A stretch of 24,347 nucleotides of DNA from a virus (Duplodnaviria > Caudoviricetes). A model generated the notes under the pieces. It made no database searches and had not been told where the DNA came from. It was given only the letters and a program-made list of their open reading frames with translations. The stretch spans positions 1 through 24,347 of IMG/VR virus record IMGVR_UViG_3300037462_000235, one strand, 5' to 3'. The position numbers and the translations under genes were made by a program. Shown piece by piece: positions 14,314 through 22,440 of the stretch (positions within the stretch are counted from its first letter, which is position 1; every line of letters starts with the position of its first letter).

Positions 14314-15204
14314 ATGCTCGTTAATGCCGCAAACCTCGACAGCCTCCGCGTCGGCTTTAAGACGTCCTTCCAGGGCGGGCTCGGCCAGGCCGATCTGGAC
14401 TGGATGCAGATCGCGACCGTCATCGCGTCTTCGACCAAGGAACAGAAATACGGATGGCTGGGCAAGATCCCCAAGGTCCGCGAATGGATCGGCGCCCGTG
14501 CCATCCAGAACCTGATGCAGCACGACTATTCCATCAAGGAAAAGCCGCTGGAACTGACCATCGCGGTCGACAAGGACGACATCGAGACCGACAACCTTGG
14601 GATCTATACCCCGCTCTTCCAGGAGATGGGCGCGTCGACCGGTGCCGAGTTCGCCTCGATGGTCTATGCCCAGCTGGCCGCGGGTTTCACCACCAACTGC
14701 TATGACGGCCAGTTCTTCTTCGACACCGATCACCCGGTGCTGAATGCCGACGGCAACCCGACGAACGTCGCCAACACCGATGGCGGCGCTGGCACGCCCT
14801 GGTTCCTGATGGACGTGAGCCGCGCGATCAAGCCGATCATTTTGCAGAAGCGGAAGGACTTCGAGTTCACCTCGCTCGACAAACTCGATGACGAGAACGT
14901 CTTCATGAACAAGGAGTTCATCTACGGTGCCGACGCCCGGGCGAACACCGGCTACGGATTCTGGCAGATGGCCTGGGGGTCGCGTCAGCCGCTGACCGCC
15001 GCGAACTACGCCATCGCGCGCGCCGCCCTGATGGGAATGAAGGGCGACTACGGCAAGCCCCTGGGCATCAAGCCGGGCCTTCTGGTCGTGCCGCCTGCAC
15101 TGGAAAGCGCGGGCAACAAGATCCTGAACTCGGAATATGCCGCCGGTGGCGAAACGAACGAGTGGAAGGGCACCGCCAAGCTTCTGGTCACGCCCTGGCT
15201 CTGA
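14314..15204 (+). CDS. Major capsid protein, Mu gpT family
   Basis: Y.WLG..P..REWIG.R, DIE.DNLGIY.P, CYDGQ.FFDTDHPV, KP.I.Q.R, YG.D.R...GYGFWQ.A.GS and L.VPP.LE motifs. Confidence 0.95.
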   Translation: MLVNAANLDSLRVGFKTSFQGGLGQADLDWMQIATVIASSTKEQKYGWLGKIPKVREWIGARAIQNLMQHDYSIKEKPLELTIAVDKDDIETDNLGIYTPLFQEMGASTGAEFASMVYAQLAAGFTTNCYDGQFFFDTDHPVLNADGNPTNVANTDGGAGTPWFLMDVSRAIKPIILQKRKDFEFTSLDKLDDENVFMNKEFIYGADARANTGYGFWQMAWGSRQPLTAANYAIARAALMGMKGDYGKPLGIKPGLLVVPPALESAGNKILNSEYAAGGETNEWKGTAKLLVTPWL

Positions 15205-15210
15205 CACTGA

Positions 15211-15259
15211 CCTGATTTAGCAGAGGGGCCGGTTTCGGCTGGCCCCTTCCTTGATCAGG
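15211..15259 (+). terminator. Extended hairpin after the major capsid gene (terminator or mRNA 3' stabiliser)
   Basis: AGGGGCCGGT-TTCG-GCTGGCCCCT (15224-15247) with outer pairing CCTGATT/GATCAGG. Only a weak pyrimidine tail. Confidence 0.6.
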
Positions 15260-15300
15260 CCTTGCAGGACCCCGCACTTCCAACTGCCGAAAGGATCCCA

Positions 15301-15642
15301 ATGTCCCGTCCTTCGAAACCCAAGCCCGCCGCCGCTGCCCCCGCCGGCGACCCCAATCCGGCTTCGCCCCAGGGGCCGGAGACCACCGGTGCCGCAAGCG
15401 CGCCCCCGTCGGCAGCCGGAGAGGCCGCAGCGGTGCCGGTGGTTACCCAAGGCCAGCCGCAGCACGAGCCCGCGACGGCCAGTGGCTTCATCCTGCGCGT
15501 GAAGGGCCCGGCCAAGGGCCGCTGGCGTGCCGGTCGTCACTTCGGGACTGACCCCGTCGACCTTCTGGCGGCCGAGCTGACTGAGGCGCAGATCCTGGCG
15601 TTGAACGACGACCCGGAGCTGACCGTGATGGTCCTGGGCTAG
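15301..15642 (+). CDS. Mu gp35 / HI1506-like protein with low-complexity N-terminus
   Basis: AAAGGA RBS before the ATG at 15301. C-terminal GRWRAGRHF...PV......LTEAQI.AL..DP.L.V motif. Confidence 0.78.
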   Translation: MSRPSKPKPAAAAPAGDPNPASPQGPETTGAASAPPSAAGEAAAVPVVTQGQPQHEPATASGFILRVKGPAKGRWRAGRHFGTDPVDLLAAELTEAQILALNDDPELTVMVLG

Positions 15643-15647
15643 GACGA

Positions 15648-15800
15648 CTGACCGATCCCGAGCGAAAGGATCAATCGCGACCCCGACCGTGAAAGGCCAG
15701 CACCCAAAGCCCCCGGCGGACGATCCGAGTAGGCGACCCCGGCGCGGACCGGGGGTGAACGTCGGAACACGGGCGTGACATCCGGGAGAGACCGGTACCT
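15648..15800 (+). ncRNA. Candidate structured non-coding RNA/cis element at the head-tail junction
   Basis: 175-nt ORF-free gap with stems GATCC/GGATC, GCCC/GGGC, CCGGCG/CGTCGG, CCCCGG/CCGGGG and CCGG-GAGAGA-CCGG. Confidence 0.5.
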
Positions 15801-15817
15801 GAACACCAGAGGACCAG

Positions 15818-16246
15818 ATGCCCTACGTCACCCTGCAGCAGCTGATCGACCGTTTCGGTGAGCGCGCCCTGATCGCGCTGACCGACCGGGGCGAGTATGC
15901 CGCTGGGGTTATCGACGAGGCCGTGGTCAACCGCGCGATCGCGGACGCGGATGCCACGATTGATGGCTACCTCAAGCGCAAGTACGCGCTACCGCTGACC
16001 GAGGCGCAGCCCCTGCTGGTCAAGATCGCGGGGTCGCTGGTCTTTTCCGACCTGCACGTGGCCCAGGCCGACCCGAAGGTCGAGGCGGATATGAAGACCG
16101 CCATGGCCATGCTGAAGGACCTTGCGTCGGGCGTGGTCGCGCTGACCGCCGCCGGGATCGAGCCGGACAGCGTCGAGGGGTCGTCCGCCCGGATCACCGA
16201 CCGCGACCGGCAGCTGACCCAGGACAACATGAAGGGCTTCATCTGA
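15818..16246 (+). CDS. Mu gp36 (DUF1320) head-tail connector
   Basis: MPY.T...L..RFG...L..LTD, AI.DA.A.IDGYL..KY.LPL and A...L..LA.G...L. GAGGA RBS. Confidence 0.9.
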   Translation: MPYVTLQQLIDRFGERALIALTDRGEYAAGVIDEAVVNRAIADADATIDGYLKRKYALPLTEAQPLLVKIAGSLVFSDLHVAQADPKVEADMKTAMAMLKDLASGVVALTAAGIEPDSVEGSSARITDRDRQLTQDNMKGFI

Positions 16247-16683
16247 TGCTGGTGGATCACGTCATCCAGCGCCTGTCCGAACGCATTCCTTACCTGGTCG
16301 GACGGGTCGAGGGCGCGGCCAGCCTTGTGCAGCTGATGACCCAGAACGCCCTGCCACAGGTCGGGCCCGCCGCACGGGTGATCTCGTCCGCCCTTCTGGG
16401 GCGCGAGCCGCAGGCAAGCTCGGGCTACTTCGTCCAGTCCTTCGACGAGACGGTTTCGGTCTTCCTGGTGTTTCGCAACGTGCAGGGGTCTGGCGGCAAT
16501 GAGCTGGACCTTTTCGACAGCACCCGGATGGACGTCATCAACGCGATCTGCGGCTGGGCCCCGGAAAACACCGTGGGAGTCTTCCGCCTGGCCAACGGCC
16601 AGGTGCGCAACATGGCCCAGGGATCGCTGATCTACCAGATCGACTTCGCCATCGCCGACCAGCTGAGGATCACAGTGACATGA
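16246..16683 (+). CDS. Tail terminator/completion protein (Mu gp37-like)
   Basis: Position after gp36 and before the tube. VI.AI.GWAP and YQIDF motifs. Confidence 0.72.
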   Translation: MLVDHVIQRLSERIPYLVGRVEGAASLVQLMTQNALPQVGPAARVISSALLGREPQASSGYFVQSFDETVSVFLVFRNVQGSGGNELDLFDSTRMDVINAICGWAPENTVGVFRLANGQVRNMAQGSLIYQIDFAIADQLRITVT

Positions 16684-16847
16684 CCGATCAGACCCTTCCC
16701 ACCGGCGGCGGAGCCTACATCCGCGACAAGGACGGCACCCTGCGCCCCGAGACGCCCCCGGCCGAAGCCCCTGTTCAAGCCCTTGTACAAGCCCCTGTTG
16801 AAGGGCCTGTCGAACGCCCTGCCAAAAGCCCCGTGAAGGAGGCCTGA
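16680..16847 (+). CDS. 55-aa small protein missed by the ORF track
   Basis: ATGA overlap. MTDQTLPTGGGAYIRDKDGTLRPETPPAEAPVQALVQAPVEGPVERPAKSPVKEA. Its end supplies the AAGGAGG RBS for the tube gene. Confidence 0.72.
   Translation: MTDQTLPTGGGAYIRDKDGTLRPETPPAEAPVQALVQAPVEGPVERPAKSPVKEA
16764..16835 (+). repeat. Degenerate 12-bp tandem repeat x6
   Basis: GAAGCCCCTGTT CAAGCCCTTGTA CAAGCCCCTGTT GAAGGGCCTGTC GAACGCCCTGCC AAAAGCCCCGTG, encoding (E/Q)APV-like units. Confidence 0.8.
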
Positions 16848-16848
16848 C

Positions 16849-17796
16849 ATGCCCGCAGCGAAGTATTGGCGGAAGAAGAGCTTCCTCTTCAAGATCGAGA
16901 CGACCTACGGCGTGGACTCGGTCCCCACGGGGGTGCTGAACGCGATCCTGGCAACGGACGTGAAGTTCCAGCCGATGGAGGGGACGGACGTCAACCGGAA
17001 CCTCGATCTTCCCTACCTTGGGGCCCAGGGGACCATCCCGAACGAGCTGCACGCAAAGTTCAGCTGCAAGGTGGAACTGGCTCCTTCGGGCACCGCCGGT
17101 ACCGCGCCCGCTTGGGGCCCGATGCTGCGGGCCTGCGCCTGCGCCCAGGTGGTGAACGCGGGTGTGAGCGTGGTCTATAACCCGATCACCGACAACCACG
17201 AATCCGCGACCCTGAAGCTGACGGTGGACGGCACGCTTTTCCAGGCGGTGGGCGTGCGCGGCAACGCGAAAATGACCATCAACGCGCAAGGCATCCCGTA
17301 TCTCGAGTTCGAGTTTACCGGTCTGTTCGTTCAGCCGATCGAGCAGGCGAACCCCGCCGTGACCCTGACCGCCTTCCGGCCGCCGCGCGTTGCCTCGGCC
17401 GCGAATACGCCGACCTTCCGGATCAACGGCGTCGATCTGGTGATGCGGACCTTCGAGATGGATCTGGGCAACAAGGTCGAGCCGCGCTTCCTGGTCGGCG
17501 TCGGGGCCGAACAGATCCTGATCACCCAGCGCGAGGAGATGATCAAGACGCAGGTCGAGGCCCAGCCCCTGACCGCGATCAACCCCTTTGCCCTGGCCGC
17601 GGCCCAGACGGCCGTCGCGGTCAACCTGACCCACGGGATCGGTGCCGGCAACATCGCCACGCTGGCCGTGCCCACCGCCCAGATGCAGCGACCGCAAGGC
17701 ATGGAGAACGCCCAGGACATCATGGAATGGCCGCTGAGCCTGATGCCCCTGCCGTCGGGCGCGGGCAACAACCAGTGGACCCTGACGCTGACCTAA
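16849..17796 (+). CDS. Major tail tube protein
   Basis: K.E.TYG.D, ELA.SG.AG.AP.WG..LRAC and G.RG.......G.P...FEFTG motifs. Strong RBS and position before the chaperones/TMP. Confidence 0.85.
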   Translation: MPAAKYWRKKSFLFKIETTYGVDSVPTGVLNAILATDVKFQPMEGTDVNRNLDLPYLGAQGTIPNELHAKFSCKVELAPSGTAGTAPAWGPMLRACACAQVVNAGVSVVYNPITDNHESATLKLTVDGTLFQAVGVRGNAKMTINAQGIPYLEFEFTGLFVQPIEQANPAVTLTAFRPPRVASAANTPTFRINGVDLVMRTFEMDLGNKVEPRFLVGVGAEQILITQREEMIKTQVEAQPLTAINPFALAAAQTAVAVNLTHGIGAGNIATLAVPTAQMQRPQGMENAQDIMEWPLSLMPLPSGAGNNQWTLTLT

Positions 17797-17826
17797 CCGG
17801 CGGGGACCTGCGAGCCCAAACCGCCC

Positions 17827-17852
17827 GCGGAGGGCCAGCGATGGCCCTCCGC
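17827..17852 (+). terminator. Perfect hairpin after the tail tube gene (stabiliser/attenuator)
   Basis: GCGGAGGGCCA-GCGA-TGGCCCTCCGC, 11-bp stem with a GNRA loop. No U-tract. Confidence 0.6.
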
Positions 17853-17872
17853 ACCCAACCCACGGAGCTGCC

Positions 17873-18199
17873 ATGTTCAAGATCACCAAGAACCCCGAGT
17901 TCACCCACGACGTGCCGGTCCTCGTCCCCTGCGACGGCGGGCATGTCGAACAGTCGCTGCGCGTCCGGTTCCGGGCGATTTCGGTCGACGAGATGAACAC
18001 GCATTCGATGTACGGCGACGGGCAGGAAACCTACCTGCGCGCGGTCTGTGTCCGTTTCGAGGACGTGGCCGATGACGACGGCCAGCCGATTCCGCCTTCA
18101 GAAGAGCTGACCACCAAGCTGCTGGCCATACCCTTTGTCCGCGTGGCGCTGATCCGGGCCTACACGCTGGCCATGTCGAAGGCCAAGACGGGAAACTGA
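17873..18199 (+). CDS. Tail assembly chaperone (gpG-like)
   Basis: Between tube and TMP. Ends in G GGA AAC TGA, a slippery site. Confidence 0.8.
   Translation: MFKITKNPEFTHDVPVLVPCDGGHVEQSLRVRFRAISVDEMNTHSMYGDGQETYLRAVCVRFEDVADDDGQPIPPSEELTTKLLAIPFVRVALIRAYTLAMSKAKTGN
18190..18196 (+). other. Programmed -1 ribosomal frameshift site GGGAAAC
   Basis: X XXY YYZ heptamer immediately before the stop. The -1 frame is open from 18190 to 18567. Confidence 0.85.
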
Positions 18200-18567
18200 C
18201 CTGGGCCGGGCGCGCCTGGGCAACCGGCACGCTTGGCAGCGCAAGGCAGCACGAAGACGACGAGCTGAAGGCGGACATGGCCCGCTTTGGCCTGATCTAC
18301 GAGGCGGACGAGGACGATGACACAACGGGCGGCATCTGGGCAGAGAACGTGGAGGCGGTGTGCGCCTTCCTGTCCGTTGCGACCCAGTGGCGCATCGCCT
18401 GTCCCGGCGACGGCACGATGCGGCGCACCGGCCTGGATTACCCCGCCGCACGAACGGGTCTTGAGCTTGCAGGTGTCGCCGTGACGCCAGAACTGTGGGC
18501 TGACATCAAGATCATCGAATACGCGGTGATCGCGGCCGATAGCGAGGAGGCCTTGCGGTGGCGCTGA
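18190..18567 (+). CDS. gpT-like (DUF1799-like) C-terminal part of the frameshifted G-T chaperone
   Basis: The -1 frame reads KLTWAGRAWATG...IWAENVEAV.AFL.VATQWR......TGLDY. The track ORF 18277..18567 is the distal part. Confidence 0.8.
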   Translation, partial: GKLTWAGRAWATGTLGSARQHEDDELKADMARFGLIYEADEDDDTTGGIWAENVEAVCAFLSVATQWRIACPGDGTMRRTGLDYPAARTGLELAGVAVTPELWADIKIIEYAVIAADSEEALRWR

Positions 18568-20687
18568 ACCTGCGCATGGTCGTGCAAGCCGACGCCGCGT
18601 CTGCAAAGGCCGCGCTGGACGATACCGCGCGCGGCGTCCAGGGTATTTCCGCCGCGACGGACAAGGCCACGACATCGTCACGGGCATCCGCCACCGCCGC
18701 CCAGTCCGAGGCACGCGCCCGTCAGCAGGCCGCCCAGGCCAACCGCGCCTACACGGCCACGACCCAGCAGGCCGCCGGGGCCACGGGCAACCTGGTCGCG
18801 CAGTTCAACGACATCGGCATTATGCTGGCCGCCGGTCAGAACCCCTTGCAGCTGGCGATCCAGCAGGGCCCCCAGATCACCCAGGTCTTCGGCAACCAGG
18901 GCGCTGCCGGGGCGGCAAACCTGCTGAAGACCGCCTTCGTGTCGATGCTGAGCCCGATCAATCTGGTGACCGTCGGGGCCATTGCGGCAGGTGCTGCGAT
19001 GATCCAGTGGCTGACGGGGGCAGACGCCCAAGCGCGCACGCTGGAAGACCAGATCGGCGCTGTAAACGATGCCGTGAAGTCGTGGCGGGACGAAAGCGGC
19101 AAGTCCTTCGAAGATCTACGGTCAACGTTTGGCACGCTGACCCCCGAAATCGTGGCGATGCAGCGCGAGCTCAACCAACTGCGGATCGCCGACATCCTGC
19201 GCGAGGCGGATGCTGCGTCACGCCAGCTGTCCGAGACCATCGGCAGCGGAATGTTCGCTTCGGTGGGCGGCGATCTGCGACGCCTGTTCCTGGAATCCGG
19301 CATCACGCTGGGGACCAGCCAGATTCAGGAGTTCCGGGCGGCACTTGATGCGGTCGGAAGCGCTTCGGGACTTCGTGAGCAGTTGGATGCGGTCCAGGCG
19401 CTGCGCGAGCGTTTCGCGGATATCACGGGCGGCATTCAAAGCATGTCGGAAGGTCAGAGGGCCTTCTACGGGTCGCTTCTTGATACCGAGGCCGCCCTGC
19501 GCGCTGCCGCCGCCGCGACCGGCGAAATCGCGAACGAGACCGACGCAGCCGCCAGTGCCGCCGCGAACCTGGAGGCCAGGGCGCGCGCCGTCGTGGGGGC
19601 CATTGCATCGGCGGATGGCAGTCGCCTGGTCGCGGCGTTTTCGGCGGCCTTCCCGGTGGCCAGCCAGCTTCTGGGCATGGCCCAGGGCATCATCGCGACC
19701 ATTGGTGCGGCGCGGCGGAAGGCGGCCTCGGCCGACATGCTGGGTCAGATGGCGATCGAGTTCTCGCCTGGCGGACAGAACCTGACGGCTTACGGTGGAC
19801 GCACCCCGGGCGGCACGGCGTCACAGAACGCGCTTGCCTATCGCAACCGGCCGGTCGTCCCGGTGTTCAGTGGCGGTGGCGGCGGGGCCGGTGCTGCCCT
19901 GGCCGAGGCCAATGCGCTGCAAGAGCTGATCACCAGCCTGGAAGGCGAGATCGAGGCGCTGCGCGTGCAGGACCCGATCCAGAAGGAGATGCTGAAGCAC
20001 CGCGAGGCTCTCACCGGTGCGACCGAGGCCGAGAAGCAGAAGGTCGAGGAACTGATCGCCACCCGCGAACGCGAGCAGCTTTTGATGGAGGGTGCCAAGG
20101 CCCGGGCCGAGTTCTTCGAGGATCTGGGCAACAACGCCCTGGAGGCGCTGATCGTCAAGGGAGAGTCCTTCAACGAGGTCCTGAAGAACATTGCCCGATC
20201 GCTGATCCAGGCCGCGCTTCAGGCGGCGCTGTTCGGGTCCGGTCCTTTCGGCAGCCTGTTCGGCGGCAAGTCGATCATTGGTCAGATCTTCCCGGCCCTT
20301 GGCGGCAAGGCGGAAGGCGGCATGGTCTATGGGCCCGGAAGCGGGACATCGGACAGCATCCCGACCATGCTGTCGAACGGGGAATACGTGGTCAACGCCA
20401 AGGCAACAGCCCGGAACCGGCACCTGCTGGAGGCGATCAACGCAGGGGGTCGGGTCGGCGGGTTCGCTGCGGGCGGGATGGTGGGTGGCGACAGTCGCCG
20501 GGCCACGGCGCGCGGCACCGGCGGCGGGCCATCGACCCTGGTCGTGGATGTGCGGGGCGCGCAGGGCAACACCGAGATCCAGGAGATGGTCCGGCGCGGC
20601 GTGCAGACCGGCCTGCAGCTCTATGACCGCGAGGCGCTGCCCCGGTCGGTGCAGCGGGTGTCCAATGACAGCCGCCGGGTGAACTGA
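18558..20687 (+). CDS. Tail tape measure protein
   Basis: 709 aa, Ala-rich. NLVAQFNDIGIMLAAGQNPLQLAIQQGPQI lambda-type TMP motif, and C-terminal GG.V.GPG.GTSDSIP.MLSNGEYVVNA. GAGGAGG RBS before the GTG. Confidence 0.92.
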   Translation: MALNLRMVVQADAASAKAALDDTARGVQGISAATDKATTSSRASATAAQSEARARQQAAQANRAYTATTQQAAGATGNLVAQFNDIGIMLAAGQNPLQLAIQQGPQITQVFGNQGAAGAANLLKTAFVSMLSPINLVTVGAIAAGAAMIQWLTGADAQARTLEDQIGAVNDAVKSWRDESGKSFEDLRSTFGTLTPEIVAMQRELNQLRIADILREADAASRQLSETIGSGMFASVGGDLRRLFLESGITLGTSQIQEFRAALDAVGSASGLREQLDAVQALRERFADITGGIQSMSEGQRAFYGSLLDTEAALRAAAAATGEIANETDAAASAAANLEARARAVVGAIASADGSRLVAAFSAAFPVASQLLGMAQGIIATIGAARRKAASADMLGQMAIEFSPGGQNLTAYGGRTPGGTASQNALAYRNRPVVPVFSGGGGGAGAALAEANALQELITSLEGEIEALRVQDPIQKEMLKHREALTGATEAEKQKVEELIATREREQLLMEGAKARAEFFEDLGNNALEALIVKGESFNEVLKNIARSLIQAALQAALFGSGPFGSLFGGKSIIGQIFPALGGKAEGGMVYGPGSGTSDSIPTMLSNGEYVVNAKATARNRHLLEAINAGGRVGGFAAGGMVGGDSRRATARGTGGGPSTLVVDVRGAQGNTEIQEMVRRGVQTGLQLYDREALPRSVQRVSNDSRRVN

Positions 20688-21349
20688 TGCCGCTGAGCTA
20701 TCCCCTTCCGCTCGCCACCTTCGCCGACAGCCTTCTGGTGGCCGAGGCGTCCTGCGAGCTGCCCGAGCAGCTGGCCCAGTCGCGGACGGCCGGGGGCGAA
20801 CAGCTGACCGCCGATCTGGCCGAACGGCTGTGGACCGGACGCATCGGCATCGCGTTCCAGCAGCGCCACGAGGTCGGCCACCAGGAGGTCCTGGTGTCGC
20901 TTCTGGGCCAGGCAGGGCGCACCTTCCTGATGTATGACCGACGTCGACCGAACCCGCTGCTGGACCCCACAGGGTCGATCCTGGGCGCGGCCACGGTCAC
21001 GATCCTTGCCCTTGGGGGCGACACACGCGAGCTGTCCCTGACCGGCTTGCCTGCGGGCTATACCCTAAGCCGGGGCGATTACCTGTCCTTCGCCTATACC
21101 TCGCTGGCCGTGTCGCGCCAGGCGCTGCACCGGGTGGTCGACGCCACGGTGGTGGCCAACGGGTCGGGCCAGACCACCCTTTTCGAAGTCGAGCCGTTCA
21201 TTCGGCCCGGTGCCGTGGCCGGGGCGGCTGTCACCTTGCGGAAGGCCTTCTGCCGGGCGGTCAAGGTTGCAGGATCCGGCACCCCGAACACGGGCCGGAC
21301 GACCCTGAGCGAGGGGTTGGGCTTTGACTGGGTCCAGACGCTGAGGTGA
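20687..21349 (+). CDS. Putative distal tail protein
   Basis: First gene after the TMP, beta-rich, with GL.AGY.LS.GD.LS and V.P.IR motifs. Call is by synteny. Confidence 0.65.
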   Translation: MPLSYPLPLATFADSLLVAEASCELPEQLAQSRTAGGEQLTADLAERLWTGRIGIAFQQRHEVGHQEVLVSLLGQAGRTFLMYDRRRPNPLLDPTGSILGAATVTILALGGDTRELSLTGLPAGYTLSRGDYLSFAYTSLAVSRQALHRVVDATVVANGSGQTTLFEVEPFIRPGAVAGAAVTLRKAFCRAVKVAGSGTPNTGRTTLSEGLGFDWVQTLR

Positions 21350-21352
21350 CAA

Positions 21353-22024
21353 ATGCGCAGCTTTGATGCCCCCACCCTTGCCCAGTTCCAGAACCGCACC
21401 GCCCTGGTGGCGCGGATCCTGATCTGGGCTGTCGCGCGGAACCGAACGACCGGCGTTGACGAAAGCCTGGGCCTGTGGACCGGCGCGCAGGACACGAGCT
21501 TTACCATCGGAGGCACCCCGCGCACCTATGTCGGGGCCGGGTCGATCATGGAGATCGCGCCGATGGTGGCCGAGACCGGACTGACGGTCCGGATGCAGCG
21601 GTTCAGCCTGTCGCCCCTGTCACCTGCGGTCGCGACCCTGATCCGCACCTATGACGCGCGGTTCGCCCGGGTCGAGATCCACCGCGCCCTGTTCAACCCT
21701 GTGACCGGTGTCCTGGTCGCGGAACCGCACAGGCTGTTCAAGGGCATCATCGACGAGGTGGCCCTGCCGATCGATCCCAAGACCGGGGAGACGCGCTGCG
21801 ACGTCACGGTCGCTTCGTCCGCGCGGTACCTGACCCGCACTTTGCCCCTGAAGCGGTCCGATGCGACGCAGCAGCGCCGGATGGGAGACCGGTTCCTGCG
21901 CTATGTCGATGTGTCGGGTGAGGTCGATGTCTACTGGGGCGAGAACCGCCCGGCCGTCGGGCCTACCACCCCGGCCCCGTCCTTCCCGAGCTGGCTGTTG
22001 CCAGGAAGCGGCGGCAGCCGATGA
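21353..22024 (+). CDS. Putative tail tip/hub protein (gpL/DUF2163-like)
   Basis: Y.GAG, F.G.ID and RSDA.QQ.R..D.F.RY.......V.WG motifs. Synteny between the distal tail protein and NlpC/P60. Confidence 0.65.
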   Translation: MRSFDAPTLAQFQNRTALVARILIWAVARNRTTGVDESLGLWTGAQDTSFTIGGTPRTYVGAGSIMEIAPMVAETGLTVRMQRFSLSPLSPAVATLIRTYDARFARVEIHRALFNPVTGVLVAEPHRLFKGIIDEVALPIDPKTGETRCDVTVASSARYLTRTLPLKRSDATQQRRMGDRFLRYVDVSGEVDVYWGENRPAVGPTTPAPSFPSWLLPGSGGSR

Positions 22025-22440
22025 CGGACGCACGCCGCCTTCCCGACTGGCGTCCGCGCCTGACTGCTTACCTGGCCGAAACCGCAGGGCTTGGGTTTCG
22101 GTATGGGTCGAATGACTGCGCGCTGTTTGCGGCCGGGGCTGTCCGGGCGATGACGGGGCACGATCCTGCGGCCGCCTGGCGGGGGACTTACACGACCCTT
22201 GAAGGGGGCCTTAAACGGCTGCGCAAGGCTGGGGTGCAGGATCATGTCGACCAGGTGGGACGCCTGTTCCCGCCCGTAGCACCGGCCTTCGCCCATGTCG
22301 GCGATATCGCGATGATCGATGCACCCGAGGGCCGGTCGCTGGGCGTGTTCGTGGGTGACGTCATCGCCTGTCTGTCCCCGCATGGCCTGGGCCATATCCC
22401 GCGCGCGGCGGCGGCGCTGGCCTGGTCGGTGCCGACATGA
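22021..22440 (+). CDS. NlpC/P60-like tail-associated protein (gpK-like)
   Basis: R.PDW..RL..YL, F.YG..DCALFAA.AV.AMTG.D, RG.Y.T..G and A..GDIA motifs. Confidence 0.8.
   Translation: MTDARRLPDWRPRLTAYLAETAGLGFRYGSNDCALFAAGAVRAMTGHDPAAAWRGTYTTLEGGLKRLRKAGVQDHVDQVGRLFPPVAPAFAHVGDIAMIDAPEGRSLGVFVGDVIACLSPHGLGHIPRAAAALAWSVPT

Noticed and set aside
15648-15700. Hammerhead ribozyme (CTGA...GAAA)
   Set aside because: The core reads CTGACCGA rather than CTGANGA, and I could not build stems I and III around a cleavage triplet.
16764-16835. CRISPR-like or iteron array
   Set aside because: The units are contiguous, degenerate 12-mers without spacers and keep a coding frame.
13828-18000. Long minus-strand ORFs (459 aa, 677 aa) opposite capsid and tail genes
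   Set aside because: Same shadow effect. The + strand genes have clear family motifs.
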